Assembly (NCBI GenBank): GCA_963846575.1
Contig: CAWJWJ010000001.1
Span: 704,001 to 768,000 of the forward strand
Reading direction: 5' to 3'
DNA: 64,000 nucleotides
DNA from: an uncultured Nitrospiraceae bacterium
Lineage (GTDB): Bacteria > Nitrospirota > Nitrospiria > Nitrospirales > Nitrospiraceae
The translations under genes and the position numbers were made by a program. Below, one piece after another: positions 11,326-20,788 of this stretch. The notes under the pieces were generated by a model. It was not told the DNA's origin and ran no database searches. It saw nothing but the letters and a program-made list of their open reading frames with translations. Position 1 is the stretch's first letter. Every line of letters begins with the position of its first letter.

Positions 11326-12183
11326 ATGCAGCAGTATGAACCAACCCTCAGCTTGGCGGGTCGTCTGTGCATCGCGACCGTGTTTCTTGTGGCCGGTTTC
11401 CAGAAGATCTTCGATGAGCAAGGGACGCAACTGTACATGGCGACCTATGGTCTGACCCTGGGCACCATGATGTTGTACCTCGGAGCCACCGTAATCGAGA
11501 TCGCGGGCGGTATCGCGCTGGTGCTGGGTCAGACCACCCGTGAAGCAGCCTTTCTGCTCGTCCTCTTCATGCTCCTGGTAACCGGAATTTTTCATACTCA
11601 TCTGGCTGATACGAACCAGGTCCTCCACCTCGTCAAGAACGTTGCCATCATCGGCGGGCTACTCTACGTCGGCGCCTATGGGTCGGGGTCTCGCAGCGTG
11701 GATCCTCGAGACAATGTATGGAACAAGGATGAGAGTGCATGGCCCTATTACGATGTCCTGGCGCTGGCGGGGCGCATGTCGCTCGGCGGTCTTTTCCTGC
11801 TGTCGGGCGTGAGCAAGATTGTGGATCCGGAGGGAACCGGACAGGACATGGCTGGCGCGGGACTCGGCCCGGCCATGGAGTGGTTCTATGCCGGGGCGAT
11901 CGTGGTGGAAATCGGCGGCGCGCTTGCCTTGTGGCTTGGCTATTGGACCAGAGCCGGCGCCGCGGCATTGATCCTTTTCCTCATTCCGACGACGCTATTT
12001 TTTCATCCGACCTCCATCAGTCCTGTGCTAGACGCGGCGCTCCAGGACCAACATATTCACGTGATGAAGAATCTCGCGATCCTCGGCGGCCTCCTGTACG
12101 TCGTGGCCCACGGGGCTGGCCCGCTCAGTCTTGATGCGCGGCCTAGCGGGATCCTGAAAGGCGGAGTGAAGCATGGCGTCTAG
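11326..12183 (+). CDS. tandem double-DoxX membrane protein
   Basis: two internal repeats LAGR...K I.D.G...EI.G..AL.LG..TR..A...KN.AI.GGLLYV. Confidence 0.88.
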   Translation: MQQYEPTLSLAGRLCIATVFLVAGFQKIFDEQGTQLYMATYGLTLGTMMLYLGATVIEIAGGIALVLGQTTREAAFLLVLFMLLVTGIFHTHLADTNQVLHLVKNVAIIGGLLYVGAYGSGSRSVDPRDNVWNKDESAWPYYDVLALAGRMSLGGLFLLSGVSKIVDPEGTGQDMAGAGLGPAMEWFYAGAIVVEIGGALALWLGYWTRAGAAALILFLIPTTLFFHPTSISPVLDAALQDQHIHVMKNLAILGGLLYVVAHGAGPLSLDARPSGILKGGVKHGV

Positions 12184-12394
12184 ACCCACGCGCCGCTTTT
12201 CCCGCTCATAAAATCATGAAGCGCGGTAGACGTGCGGCACAAGGTGAACGAGGAGCAATCCATAAGGACAGCCGACGAGAGGCTGCAACCGGTCCGGGTC
12301 CCTAGCCCGGTCCAGGCCTGTTTCAAGTCTTTAGGTACCGACCATGCGGTTGATTCACAGGTGCTGACGTTAACGATCCAGGAAGGGAGAGGTT

Positions 12395-13414
12395 ATGGCC
12401 CAGATGAAAGCCATTCACGTGGCAGGAGCTGGAGGCGACTGGCAACTTGTCGAACGCGAGGTGCCTCAACCGAAGGCTGGTCAGGTGCGGGTGAAGGTCC
12501 AGGCCTGCGGGATTTGTCACAGTGACATGTTCGTGAAGGAGGGGCAGTGGCCGGGTCTGCAGTTTCCGCGTATACCGGGCCACGAAATAGCCGGCCTGAT
12601 CGACGAACTGGGCCCCGCCGTCACGGCCTGGAAAAAAGGCCAGCGAGTCGGCGTCGGCTGGCACGGAGGCCACTGCGGTCACTGTGACGCCTGCCGGAGA
12701 GGGGATTTCGTCCTCTGCCGGTCCTCGCAGGTGTGCGGCATCAGTTATGACGGCGGCTGGGCTGAGTATGTGGTGGTGCCGGCCGAAGCCGTGGCCTCCC
12801 TTCCGGATGACCTGCCTGCCGAAGAGGCGGCTCCCCTCCTCTGCGCGGGCATTACCACGTTCAATAGCCTGCGGAACAGCGGCGCCAGAGCGGGGGATTT
12901 GGTGGCCGTGGTGGGAATCGGCGGCTTGGGACATCTGGGGGTTCAATATGCTTCGAAGTTGGGGCTGAAGACGGTGGCCGTCTCGCGAGGAAAGGACAAG
13001 GCCCCACTTGCGCTCAAGTTGGGCGCCGCTCACTATATCGATGCGGCAGCCGAGAATCCCGCCGAGGAACTGCAGAAACTGGGCGGAGCCCGCGTCATTC
13101 TCGCGACGGCGCCGGACAGCCAGGCCATCGCATCGATGGTGGACGGCCTCGGGGCCAACGGCACGTTGCTCATCGTGGCTGCGCCGGGAGAACCGGTTTC
13201 GGTTAACGTCGTCACCCTGATCGGGAAACGTGCATCGGTCCAAGGCTGGCCGTCCGGCACCGCCAAGGATTCCGAGGACACGTTGCGCTTCAGCGCGATG
13301 ACGGGGGTCAGGCCCATGATCGAACGGTTCCCGCTCGCTCGAGCGTCCGACGCGTATCAACTGATGATGAGCGGTAAGGTGCGGTTTCGTGCTGTGTTAA
13401 CCATGAACCCCTAA
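12395..13414 (+). CDS. zinc-dependent alcohol dehydrogenase
   Basis: CGICHSD, GHE, CxxCxxC zinc cluster, GIGGLGHLG. Confidence 0.95.
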   Translation: MAQMKAIHVAGAGGDWQLVEREVPQPKAGQVRVKVQACGICHSDMFVKEGQWPGLQFPRIPGHEIAGLIDELGPAVTAWKKGQRVGVGWHGGHCGHCDACRRGDFVLCRSSQVCGISYDGGWAEYVVVPAEAVASLPDDLPAEEAAPLLCAGITTFNSLRNSGARAGDLVAVVGIGGLGHLGVQYASKLGLKTVAVSRGKDKAPLALKLGAAHYIDAAAENPAEELQKLGGARVILATAPDSQAIASMVDGLGANGTLLIVAAPGEPVSVNVVTLIGKRASVQGWPSGTAKDSEDTLRFSAMTGVRPMIERFPLARASDAYQLMMSGKVRFRAVLTMNP

Positions 13415-13427
13415 CCAGGAGGATCAG

Positions 13428-13862
13428 ATGAAACGGAATGCGTCTGCACGATGGCAGGGAGATCTCAAGACCGGCAAAGGGACGGTGTCGACGGAGAGTG
13501 GCGTGTTGGCCCAGGCGCAATATTCGTTTGGGACCCGATTCGAGAATGGAAAAGGCACGAACCCCGAAGAGTTGATCGCGGCCGCCCATGCGGGATGTTT
13601 TACAATGGCCCTCTCAGGACAGTTAGCCGCGGTGAATCTGGTGGCCGATCACCTGGCCACCACTGCCACTGTCACGATGGAGAAAGTGGAGGCGGGCTGG
13701 ACTGTGACCGGAGTCCATCTCTCGGTAACGGGGAAGGTGCCAAAGGCTGATGCGGCCGCCTGGGAGAAAGCGACGGCGGCGGCCAAGGCCGGCTGTCCCA
13801 TTTCGCGGCTCCTCAACGCTCCGATCACCATGGATGCGAAGTTAGAGAACGAGCATTCCTAA
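13428..13862 (+). CDS. osmC: OsmC family peroxiredoxin
   Basis: GTNPEELIAAAHAGCFTMALS and AKAGCPIS. Confidence 0.92.
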   Translation: MKRNASARWQGDLKTGKGTVSTESGVLAQAQYSFGTRFENGKGTNPEELIAAAHAGCFTMALSGQLAAVNLVADHLATTATVTMEKVEAGWTVTGVHLSVTGKVPKADAAAWEKATAAAKAGCPISRLLNAPITMDAKLENEHS

Positions 13863-14039
13863 CCGTTCCGCAGGGACCGGGGTCCGGCATCTCCCCGGGT
13901 GGCGTTCCGTTCAGCACAGAATGGTTGCCGCCCAAGGAACGTGCGGAGTATCGGGATGACGAGACGGCCGGCATCAAGGGGATCGGTGGCGGCATGGGCA
14001 TGAGAGCGCCTCCGCAGCAGATGAGCCGTCGGGGGCGCC

Positions 14040-14327
14040 TTAGCCGGGATCGACTTGTACCCCCTTCCAAAAGGCCACATATCCAGTGATCTGTTTGGCC
14101 GCCTCTTTGGGGGAGGGATAATGCCAGGCTGCGTCCTTGTTCACCTGTCCGTCCACGACGAGGTCGTAATAACTCGCTTCTCCTTTCCAGGGACAGGTCG
14201 TATGTTTCGCGCTCGGTTGGAAGTACTCTCGCGTGATTGACTGGGGCGGGAAATAATAATTCCCTTCCACCACCTGCCCTTGATCGCTTTCGGCCAATGT
14301 CCGTCCGTTCCAGGTAGCTTTTGGCAT
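14040..14327 (-). CDS. DUF427 domain protein
   Basis: VEGNYYFP, TTCPWKGEASYY, AAWHYP.P, VAFW; SD AAGGAGG. Confidence 0.9.
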   Translation of the reverse strand: MPKATWNGRTLAESDQGQVVEGNYYFPPQSITREYFQPSAKHTTCPWKGEASYYDLVVDGQVNKDAAWHYPSPKEAAKQITGYVAFWKGVQVDPG

Positions 14328-14758
14328 GATGGCCTCCTTTTTGTGCCGGATCCCTGTAAGGGCTGTCTTCCCTTGCCGGGTCCGCTCTCGCTACAGAAGA
14401 TCTCCTCCTCAAGTCAGTAAAGTCTGGCATCCCTCTGGCACCTCACACAAGTGGAATAATTTCGGGTAGAAGGTAGCTGAGTTGCTTGAGTGCGGTTGAT
14501 GCCTCACCCGGCCCGACCATGTCTGGATCGACAAGCCGGACCAGGTAGGATCGCGCGCAAGATGTCTCTCGATGACGGGAGCATTTGCCCTCGACAGCAG
14601 GGAGGCGAATAGCAGAAACAGCACATGGTATTCTGGCGAATGGCAAGACGGGCCGACGGCACGTCCTCGTATGTGGCGTGCCGCTGGAATTCGTGGCCGG
14701 CAATCCGGCCCTCACTTGCGAAGGTCGGTGTGAGTTTTCTATCGAGAAGGAGTGCCCT

Positions 14759-15364
14759 ATGGAGAAACCAGCCGAGACGCAGTATCCGATCCATGACCTC
14801 TTGCGTCGGCGATGGAGTCCGCGTGCGTATGCTGACAAGCCCGTGGAGCGGGACACATTGCAACGCCTCTTCGAAGCGGCCCGATGGGCGCCCTCATCGA
14901 GCAACGAGCAACCCTGGCACTTCATTGTCGCGACGAAGGAGGAGCCTTCCGCCTATGATCGTCTCTTTCAATGCTTGAAAGAAGGGAACAAGAAATGGGC
15001 GTTTCGAGCCCCGGTGCTGATCCTGTCGGTGGCGCGAGTGACGTTTGAAGAGGAGGACACGCCGAACCAGCATGCCTGGCACGACACGGGTATGGCCGCC
15101 TTCAGTCTCAGCCTGCAGAGCACGGCCCTGGGGTTGATCGTGCACCAGATGGCGGGGTTCGATGTGGAGAAGGCCCGAAAGGACCTCGAGATTCCAGAGG
15201 GCTTCGAGCCGGTCGCCATGATCGCCGTGGGATATCCGGGAGATCCGGCGATCTTAGACGAGCGGTTGCGTCAGCGGGAGATGGCGCCGCGTGAACGGAA
15301 GCCAGCGCGCGAGTTCCTCTACGTCGGGAAGTGGGGAAAGCCCTCTGATTGGTTCGGCCGATAA
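14759..15364 (+). CDS. nitroreductase family protein
   Basis: RRWSPRAY, EAARWAPSSSNEQPWHF, HQMAGFD, AVGYPG. Confidence 0.93.
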   Translation: MEKPAETQYPIHDLLRRRWSPRAYADKPVERDTLQRLFEAARWAPSSSNEQPWHFIVATKEEPSAYDRLFQCLKEGNKKWAFRAPVLILSVARVTFEEEDTPNQHAWHDTGMAAFSLSLQSTALGLIVHQMAGFDVEKARKDLEIPEGFEPVAMIAVGYPGDPAILDERLRQREMAPRERKPAREFLYVGKWGKPSDWFGR

Positions 15365-15410
15365 TCCGGCGGGCGAGAGTCTCACCGGAGGGAAAACGGA
15401 AGGAGGGCGA

Positions 15411-16142
15411 ATGAAATTCCTGAGCGGAAAGGTTGCCATTGTGACCGGTTCGTCCAGCGGCATCGGCCGGGCCATTGCGGAACGGTTGGCTCAGGAGGGC
15501 GCGACGGTGGTCGTGAACTACAATCGGAACGCGGAAAAGGCGCGCACGGTTGTCGACGGGATTCAAGCCAGGGGCGGAACGGCAGTGTCGAATCGGGCCG
15601 ACATGAGTCTGGTCGCGGAGGCCCAGCGGCTGATGCAGGAGACCGTGCAACAGTTCGGCCGCCTGGACATTCTCGTCAATAATGCGGGCCGGTTCATACC
15701 CAAGGCGATGGCAGAGATGACGGAGGCCGAGTTCGACGCCATCATGGCGCTCAATGCCAAGGGGCCGTATTTTGCGATGCAGGCGGCCGCGAAGGTGCTC
15801 AGCGACGGCGGCCGCATCGTGAACGTTTCCACCGCCCTGACCAGACTGAATTTCCCGGGGGCGACGGCCCATTTGGGAAGCAAGGCGGCGCTGGAACAGT
15901 ACGGCAAGGGACTCGCGCAGGAACTGGCGGTGCGCGCGATCACCGTCAATACCGTGTCGCCCGGCATCACCGACACCGGGGTGTTGACGGAGGAGAATCG
16001 CGACGCTGGCATACGGATGTCACCCCTGAAACGACTCGGCCTCCCCGCCGACATCGCCGACGTGGTGGCCTTCCTGGTGAGTGAGCAGGGACGGTGGCTG
16101 ACGGGACAGAACATTCAGGCGGGCGGCGGCATTGTGATGTAA
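15411..16142 (+). CDS. short-chain dehydrogenase/reductase (catalytic Tyr position appears to be His)
   Basis: [17 protein letters not shown] in place of YxxxK. Confidence 0.88.
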   Translation: MKFLSGKVAIVTGSSSGIGRAIAERLAQEGATVVVNYNRNAEKARTVVDGIQARGGTAVSNRADMSLVAEAQRLMQETVQQFGRLDILVNNAGRFIPKAMAEMTEAEFDAIMALNAKGPYFAMQAAAKVLSDGGRIVNVSTALTRLNFPGATAHLGSKAALEQYGKGLAQELAVRAITVNTVSPGITDTGVLTEENRDAGIRMSPLKRLGLPADIADVVAFLVSEQGRWLTGQNIQAGGGIVM

Positions 16143-16159
16143 CGATAACGGGAGGACAC

Positions 16160-16561
16160 ATGACGAGACGCAATATTTCGACCGGGGGTCCGTGGGAAGG
16201 CAAGATCGGCTATTCGCGAGCGGTGAGGATCGGTCGTTCGGTCCTGGTTTCCGGGACGACGGCCATGACGCCGGCCGGCCTCGTCGGTGCAGGGGATCCT
16301 TACGCGCAAACCGTGCAGACGTTGAAGACGATCGAGGCCGCGCTGGTCCAAGCCGGCGCCTCCGTGGCGGACGTGGTCCGCACCAGGATTTATATGGCCA
16401 ACATCGAGCAATGGCAGGAAGTCGGCCGGGCGCATGGTGAAATGTTCGGTTCGATCAGACCGGCGACGACGATGGTCGAGGTGAAGCGCTTGATCGATCC
16501 GGACATGCTGGTGGAAATCGAAGCAGAGGCGATTACGACTCAGGAGGATTCGGAAGGGTGA
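16160..16561 (+). CDS. RidA/YjgF family protein
   Basis: [27 protein letters not shown]. Confidence 0.92.
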   Translation: MTRRNISTGGPWEGKIGYSRAVRIGRSVLVSGTTAMTPAGLVGAGDPYAQTVQTLKTIEAALVQAGASVADVVRTRIYMANIEQWQEVGRAHGEMFGSIRPATTMVEVKRLIDPDMLVEIEAEAITTQEDSEG

Positions 16562-16568
16562 GAGGGAC

Positions 16569-17258
16569 ATGATCGTCAGGAGGACGGGCCCTTCACCGGA
16601 AACCAGGCACCTGTCCAGAATCGATCCGGTCATGAAGCGCACGATCGCCGAGATCGGACCCTATGGGCTGGTGCTCCGGGTCGGCCGTTCGCCCTTTGAA
16701 TCGCTGACGCGCGCCATCGCGTACCAGCAACTTCATGGGAAGGCCGCCGAAAGCATTCTGAAACGGTTCATCGCGCTCTTTCCAGGCCGGCGGTTCCCCC
16801 TACCGACCGAGGTGCTGGCGGCCAAGCCGGAGATGATTCGAAGTGCCGGCTTTTCATATGCCAAAATTGCGGCGCTCCGGGACCTGGCGGTCAAGACGAT
16901 CGATGGAACGGTGCCGACTTCACGAGTCATCCGACTGCTCGATGACGAGACCATTATCCAGCGGTTGACGGCGGTGCGGGGCATCGGCCAGTGGACGGTC
17001 GAAATGTTATTAATTTTTCATCTCGGGCGTCCGGATGTATTACCCGTGGATGATTTCGGGGTGCGCAATGGATTCCGCCTCTTGTATGGTCTGGACGAAA
17101 TGCCTACGCCTCAGGACCTGGGGCGCTACGGAGCACGCTGGAAACCCTATCGCACTGCCGCCGCCTGGTATCTCTGGCGGGCCTCAGAGGGTGCGAAGGC
17201 CCCCCGGCCGGCGAAACCGATTGTGACGAAGTTGCAGAGACAGGTTTCTCATGGCTGA
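16569..17258 (+). CDS. DNA-3-methyladenine glycosylase II (AlkA family)
   Basis: AIAYQQL, HhH motif LTAVRGIGQWT, LPVDD, WKPYRTAAAWYLW. Confidence 0.92.
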   Translation: MIVRRTGPSPETRHLSRIDPVMKRTIAEIGPYGLVLRVGRSPFESLTRAIAYQQLHGKAAESILKRFIALFPGRRFPLPTEVLAAKPEMIRSAGFSYAKIAALRDLAVKTIDGTVPTSRVIRLLDDETIIQRLTAVRGIGQWTVEMLLIFHLGRPDVLPVDDFGVRNGFRLLYGLDEMPTPQDLGRYGARWKPYRTAAAWYLWRASEGAKAPRPAKPIVTKLQRQVSHG

Positions 17259-18126
17259 TCCGCAGAAGCGACTCGACACGAACCGTCCGGGGAATTTCTA
17301 CGTTGATACCACTTGCATCAACTGCGACACCTGTCGTCAGCTGGCACCGGCCAGCTTCGAGGAGGTGGGAGAATATTCGGCAGTCGTTCGCCAACCGGCG
17401 GGCGACGAAGAGACGCGCCAGGCGTATCGCGCATTACTCGCCTGCCCGACCGGCTCGATCGGAACCGAGCACGGTGACTCACTAATGCTGAAGGAAGCGA
17501 AGGCCGACTTTCCTCTCATGGTGGAGGACGGTGTCCTCTATTGCGGGTTTAATTCGGAGAAATCCTTTGGGGCCAATAGTTTTTTTGTGCAGCACGAACG
17601 CGGGAACTGGTTGATCGACTCTCCGCGTTATCTCAAGCCGCTGGTGGATACCTTCGAACGCATGGGCGGCGTGGCCCACATCTTCCTCACGCATGAAGAC
17701 GATGTCGCGGACGCGGCTCGTTACGCAACACGATTCGGCGCGAAGCGCATCATCCATCGCGAGGATGTCCATGCCATGCCCGATGCGGAGGTGGTCATCG
17801 AAGGGCGCGGCGCCCATCTATTTTCGCCTGAGTTCGAGATCATCCCCGTCCCCGGCCACACGGCCGGCAGCATGTGCCTGTTACACCGCAACCGCTTCCT
17901 CTTTACCGGGGATCACCTCTGGTGGGATCCGGAGCATCGACGGCTCGAATCTCCGCGACAGTTGGTCTGGGATGCCGACGCCCTGCGTCATTCAATTTCG
18001 ACGCTGGCGCAGTATCCTTTTGAATGGGTGTTGGCCGGCCACGGCGCCCGCATTCATCTACCTGATGTACAGATGCGAGCCGCCTTAAGTGACTTGATTC
18101 ATCGGCGGCAGCAGGGTGCCAGTTAA
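17251..18126 (+). CDS. ferredoxin-fused metallo-beta-lactamase-fold hydrolase
   Basis: CINCDTC and CPTGSI ferredoxin; LTHEDD, PGHTAGS, FTGDH, GHG MBL motifs. Confidence 0.88.
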   Translation: MADPQKRLDTNRPGNFYVDTTCINCDTCRQLAPASFEEVGEYSAVVRQPAGDEETRQAYRALLACPTGSIGTEHGDSLMLKEAKADFPLMVEDGVLYCGFNSEKSFGANSFFVQHERGNWLIDSPRYLKPLVDTFERMGGVAHIFLTHEDDVADAARYATRFGAKRIIHREDVHAMPDAEVVIEGRGAHLFSPEFEIIPVPGHTAGSMCLLHRNRFLFTGDHLWWDPEHRRLESPRQLVWDADALRHSISTLAQYPFEWVLAGHGARIHLPDVQMRAALSDLIHRRQQGAS

Positions 18127-18186
18127 CAAACATGATGCGTGCCGTAGTTTGTACCGGGCTCTTTCTGGTCGGTTCCTGGTAGCGTG

Positions 18187-19107
18187 TTAGTTCGTGAGGC
18201 CCGGCGCGATCGCGACCAGGCCGGGTATCTTCAGGGCTCCGACCGCATCCTGAATCACGGTGATGGCGGCCGGTCTCACGAAGCCCTTGCGCCAGGCGAG
18301 AGCGATTCTCCGCTCCGGCATCGGCTTCGAAAATTCCAGGACGGCGAGCCGCTTGTGCTGATGTTTGGCGGTGACCGCACTGCAAGGCATCACCGTGATG
18401 CCCAGCCCAGAGGCCACCATCTGGCGGATCGTCTCCAGTGAATTGCCCTGCAACGCTTCCGTGTCTGACCGGCTGAGCTCCGGGCAACTGTCCAGAACTT
18501 GTTGCCGGAAACAATGTCCCGCATGGGGCAGCAGCACCCGCTCCTTGCTCAACTGGGCCTGATCAATCCGGCCTTTTCTGGCCAGGCGATGGTCCGCCGG
18601 AACCACGGCCTTGAAGGGTTCGTCGTAGAGCGCCTGGGTGAGAATGCCCGGTTCCTCGAACGGCAGGGCGACCATGATTACGTCCAGCTTCCCGCTCTTC
18701 AACATCGCCGTCAGGTTCACCGTGAGGTTTTCTTCGATTTCGAGCGGCATGGCGGGGGCTCGTTTGTACAGGAGCGGAATGAGGTCAGGCAGGACATAGG
18801 GGCCTACCGTGGCGATCACGCCGAACCGAAGCGCTCCCGCCAGTTGATTTTTCCCCTGCGCCGCCAGCAGCTTGATCTGATCCGCTTCTTCCAGCACCCG
18901 TTGCGCCTGGTGCACGATTTTTTCTCCCAGTGGCGTAGGCGCGACGTGATTCTTCCGCCGCTCAAAGATTGCCACTCCCAATTCTTCCTCCAGCTTCTTC
19001 ACTGCGAGACTCAGGGCCGGTTGGGTCACGAATACCCGGTCCGCGGCTCGCGCGAAGTGATGCTCCTGGGCAAGGGCGACGATGTACTGCAGTTCCGTCA
19101 AGGTCAT
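18187..19107 (-). CDS. oxyR: hydrogen-peroxide-inducible LysR-family activator
   Basis: LysR HTH (HFARAA...TQPALS) and the GHCFRQQVLDSC redox Cys pair; divergent from a peroxidase. Confidence 0.92.
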   Translation of the reverse strand: MTLTELQYIVALAQEHHFARAADRVFVTQPALSLAVKKLEEELGVAIFERRKNHVAPTPLGEKIVHQAQRVLEEADQIKLLAAQGKNQLAGALRFGVIATVGPYVLPDLIPLLYKRAPAMPLEIEENLTVNLTAMLKSGKLDVIMVALPFEEPGILTQALYDEPFKAVVPADHRLARKGRIDQAQLSKERVLLPHAGHCFRQQVLDSCPELSRSDTEALQGNSLETIRQMVASGLGITVMPCSAVTAKHQHKRLAVLEFSKPMPERRIALAWRKGFVRPAAITVIQDAVGALKIPGLVAIAPGLTN

Positions 19108-19123
19108 GAGGCAACCTCTATTA

Positions 19124-19170
19124 ATAAGGTACGCTAATCAACACTGATTACATTATCAATTAGACTGATG
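19124..19170. promoter_or_regulatory. OxyR/LysR-type binding region
   Basis: ATAA-N7-TAAT LysR box followed by ATCAATTAGACTGATG; same register recurs at 55499-55545. Confidence 0.7.
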
Positions 19171-19250
19171 TGCAGGCAAGCGGCTAGGCTTACGTAGGTG
19201 TCAGAGTCATAGCGGGATCAAAGTCAGACACGTACACAAGGAGGTATGTT

Positions 19251-19469
19251 ATGCGCGACCAACTCACAGTGATCATCGTGGCCGCGACCTTGGGAATTCT
19301 GCAAGGGTGCGCGGCGCCGTCGGCCCAGCGGCCCGAGGCGCAGCAGAGCCCGGGATCGACTCCTACCATGACCGCCGTCGAGCGGGATGAGAGAGGCTGC
19401 ATGGAGGGTGCGACACAGAACTGCGATCTGCGGTATCAGAGGGAAGGTTCCACACTTCGCTTCCGGTGA
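19251..19469 (+). CDS. small putative lipoprotein
   Basis: SD AAGGAGGT; hydrophobic leader ending LQGC. Confidence 0.65.
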   Translation: MRDQLTVIIVAATLGILQGCAAPSAQRPEAQQSPGSTPTMTAVERDERGCMEGATQNCDLRYQREGSTLRFR

Positions 19470-19550
19470 CAGGGGGGCGGCGTCCCTGGAACTGGGTCGG
19501 TCCGCGGGCTGTGAGATCGAACGGCAACCAACAAGGGAGGACATGCAGTC

Positions 19551-20636
19551 ATGAAGGGTATGAGAGTGGATCGTATGACTGGGAGGAGCGTCGCCGTAGC
19601 GAGCGTGGCCGTCGTGGCCCTGGCGCTGTCGGCGGTCAGCGGGGTGAGAGGGGGGCAGCCCCTTCAGGCTGCGACGGAGGCGAACGGCGCGCCCTCTGTC
19701 CCATTGGGGCTGGAAGACCCTGCGGCCTATATCCCGGCCGATAATCCACAGACGCCTACGAAGATCGAGCTTGGCCGGATGCTCTTTTTTGATAAGCGGC
19801 TGTCGAAGACGAACACGATTGCCTGTGCCAACTGTCATATGCCGGCGCTGGCGTTTACCGATGGGCAGTCGGTCTCCATGGGAATTAATCGGCTGCAGGG
19901 AGGGCGGAGTGCTCCAACGGCCATCAATCGTGTCTACAGCAAGTTGCAGTTTTGGGACGGGCGTGCCCAGACCTTGGAGGAGCAGTCTACCGGGCCCTTC
20001 GTGAATGCCGTGGAACATGGCTTTTTCGACTACGACGAGATGACGACGAAAATGAAGAAAGTGAGCGGGTATCGGGAGCTTTTCAAGGAGGTCTTTGCGG
20101 AGGACATCACGGAAAAGAATATCGGGAAGGCGATTGCCAGCTTTCAACGGACGCTCATCTCCGGCAATAGCCCGGCGGACCGGTTCGATTTCGGCGGGGA
20201 CGAGCAGGCGTTGACCGCCTCCGCCCAACGAGGGCTGGAGTTGGGCGGAGGCAAGGCACGTTGCACGCGCTGTCATTCGGGGTTCAACTTTTCAGACGAA
20301 AAGTTTCATAACCTCGGTATCGGCTGGGATACGAATCAGGTAGACTTGGGCCGTTACATGGTCACGAAGGATCCGGAGGATATCGGTGCCTTCAGGACGC
20401 CGACCCTGCGGGAGATTTCGCGTACCGCCCCCTACATGCATGACGGGCGGTTCGGGACCCTTGAAGAGGTCGTGAACTTTTACAATCAGGGCGGAATGCG
20501 AAATCCACACTTGGACAATACAATCATCCCGCTTGAGCTTACGGAGTCGGAACGGCAGGACGTGGTCGCCTTCCTACGATCGCTCAATGGTGAAGGCTGG
20601 CAACATGTCACTGCTCCGATCGAATTTCCGAAATAG
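19551..20636 (+). CDS. di-heme cytochrome c peroxidase / MauG family
   Basis: signal peptide, LGRMLFFDKRLS, CANCH and CTRCH heme motifs, QFWDGRA, FRTPTLR, PYMHDG. Confidence 0.93.
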   Translation: MKGMRVDRMTGRSVAVASVAVVALALSAVSGVRGGQPLQAATEANGAPSVPLGLEDPAAYIPADNPQTPTKIELGRMLFFDKRLSKTNTIACANCHMPALAFTDGQSVSMGINRLQGGRSAPTAINRVYSKLQFWDGRAQTLEEQSTGPFVNAVEHGFFDYDEMTTKMKKVSGYRELFKEVFAEDITEKNIGKAIASFQRTLISGNSPADRFDFGGDEQALTASAQRGLELGGGKARCTRCHSGFNFSDEKFHNLGIGWDTNQVDLGRYMVTKDPEDIGAFRTPTLREISRTAPYMHDGRFGTLEEVVNFYNQGGMRNPHLDNTIIPLELTESERQDVVAFLRSLNGEGWQHVTAPIEFPK

Positions 20637-20659
20637 TGGTCTCTAGAGGGAACAGGGAG

Positions 20660-20692
20660 AAGGGCTGGGGGGGTATCCCCCGGCCCTTTTTT
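20660..20692 (+). terminator. intrinsic terminator
   Basis: GGGCTGGGGG / CCCCCGGCCC stem followed by TTTTTT. Confidence 0.8.
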
Positions 20693-20788
20693 CGTGCTTG
20701 CGGTCTGCTCTGATCTCCTGACAGACCGCGAGGGACCGGGCGGCTTGCAAATGACCGCTCCATACCGGTAACAGAGAAGCACGAAGGA

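Noticed and set aside
14470..14700. Possible NTF2/DUF4440 gene remnant (VFWRMARRADGTSSYVACRWNS)
   Set aside because: A single weak segment among stop codons; too little to call.
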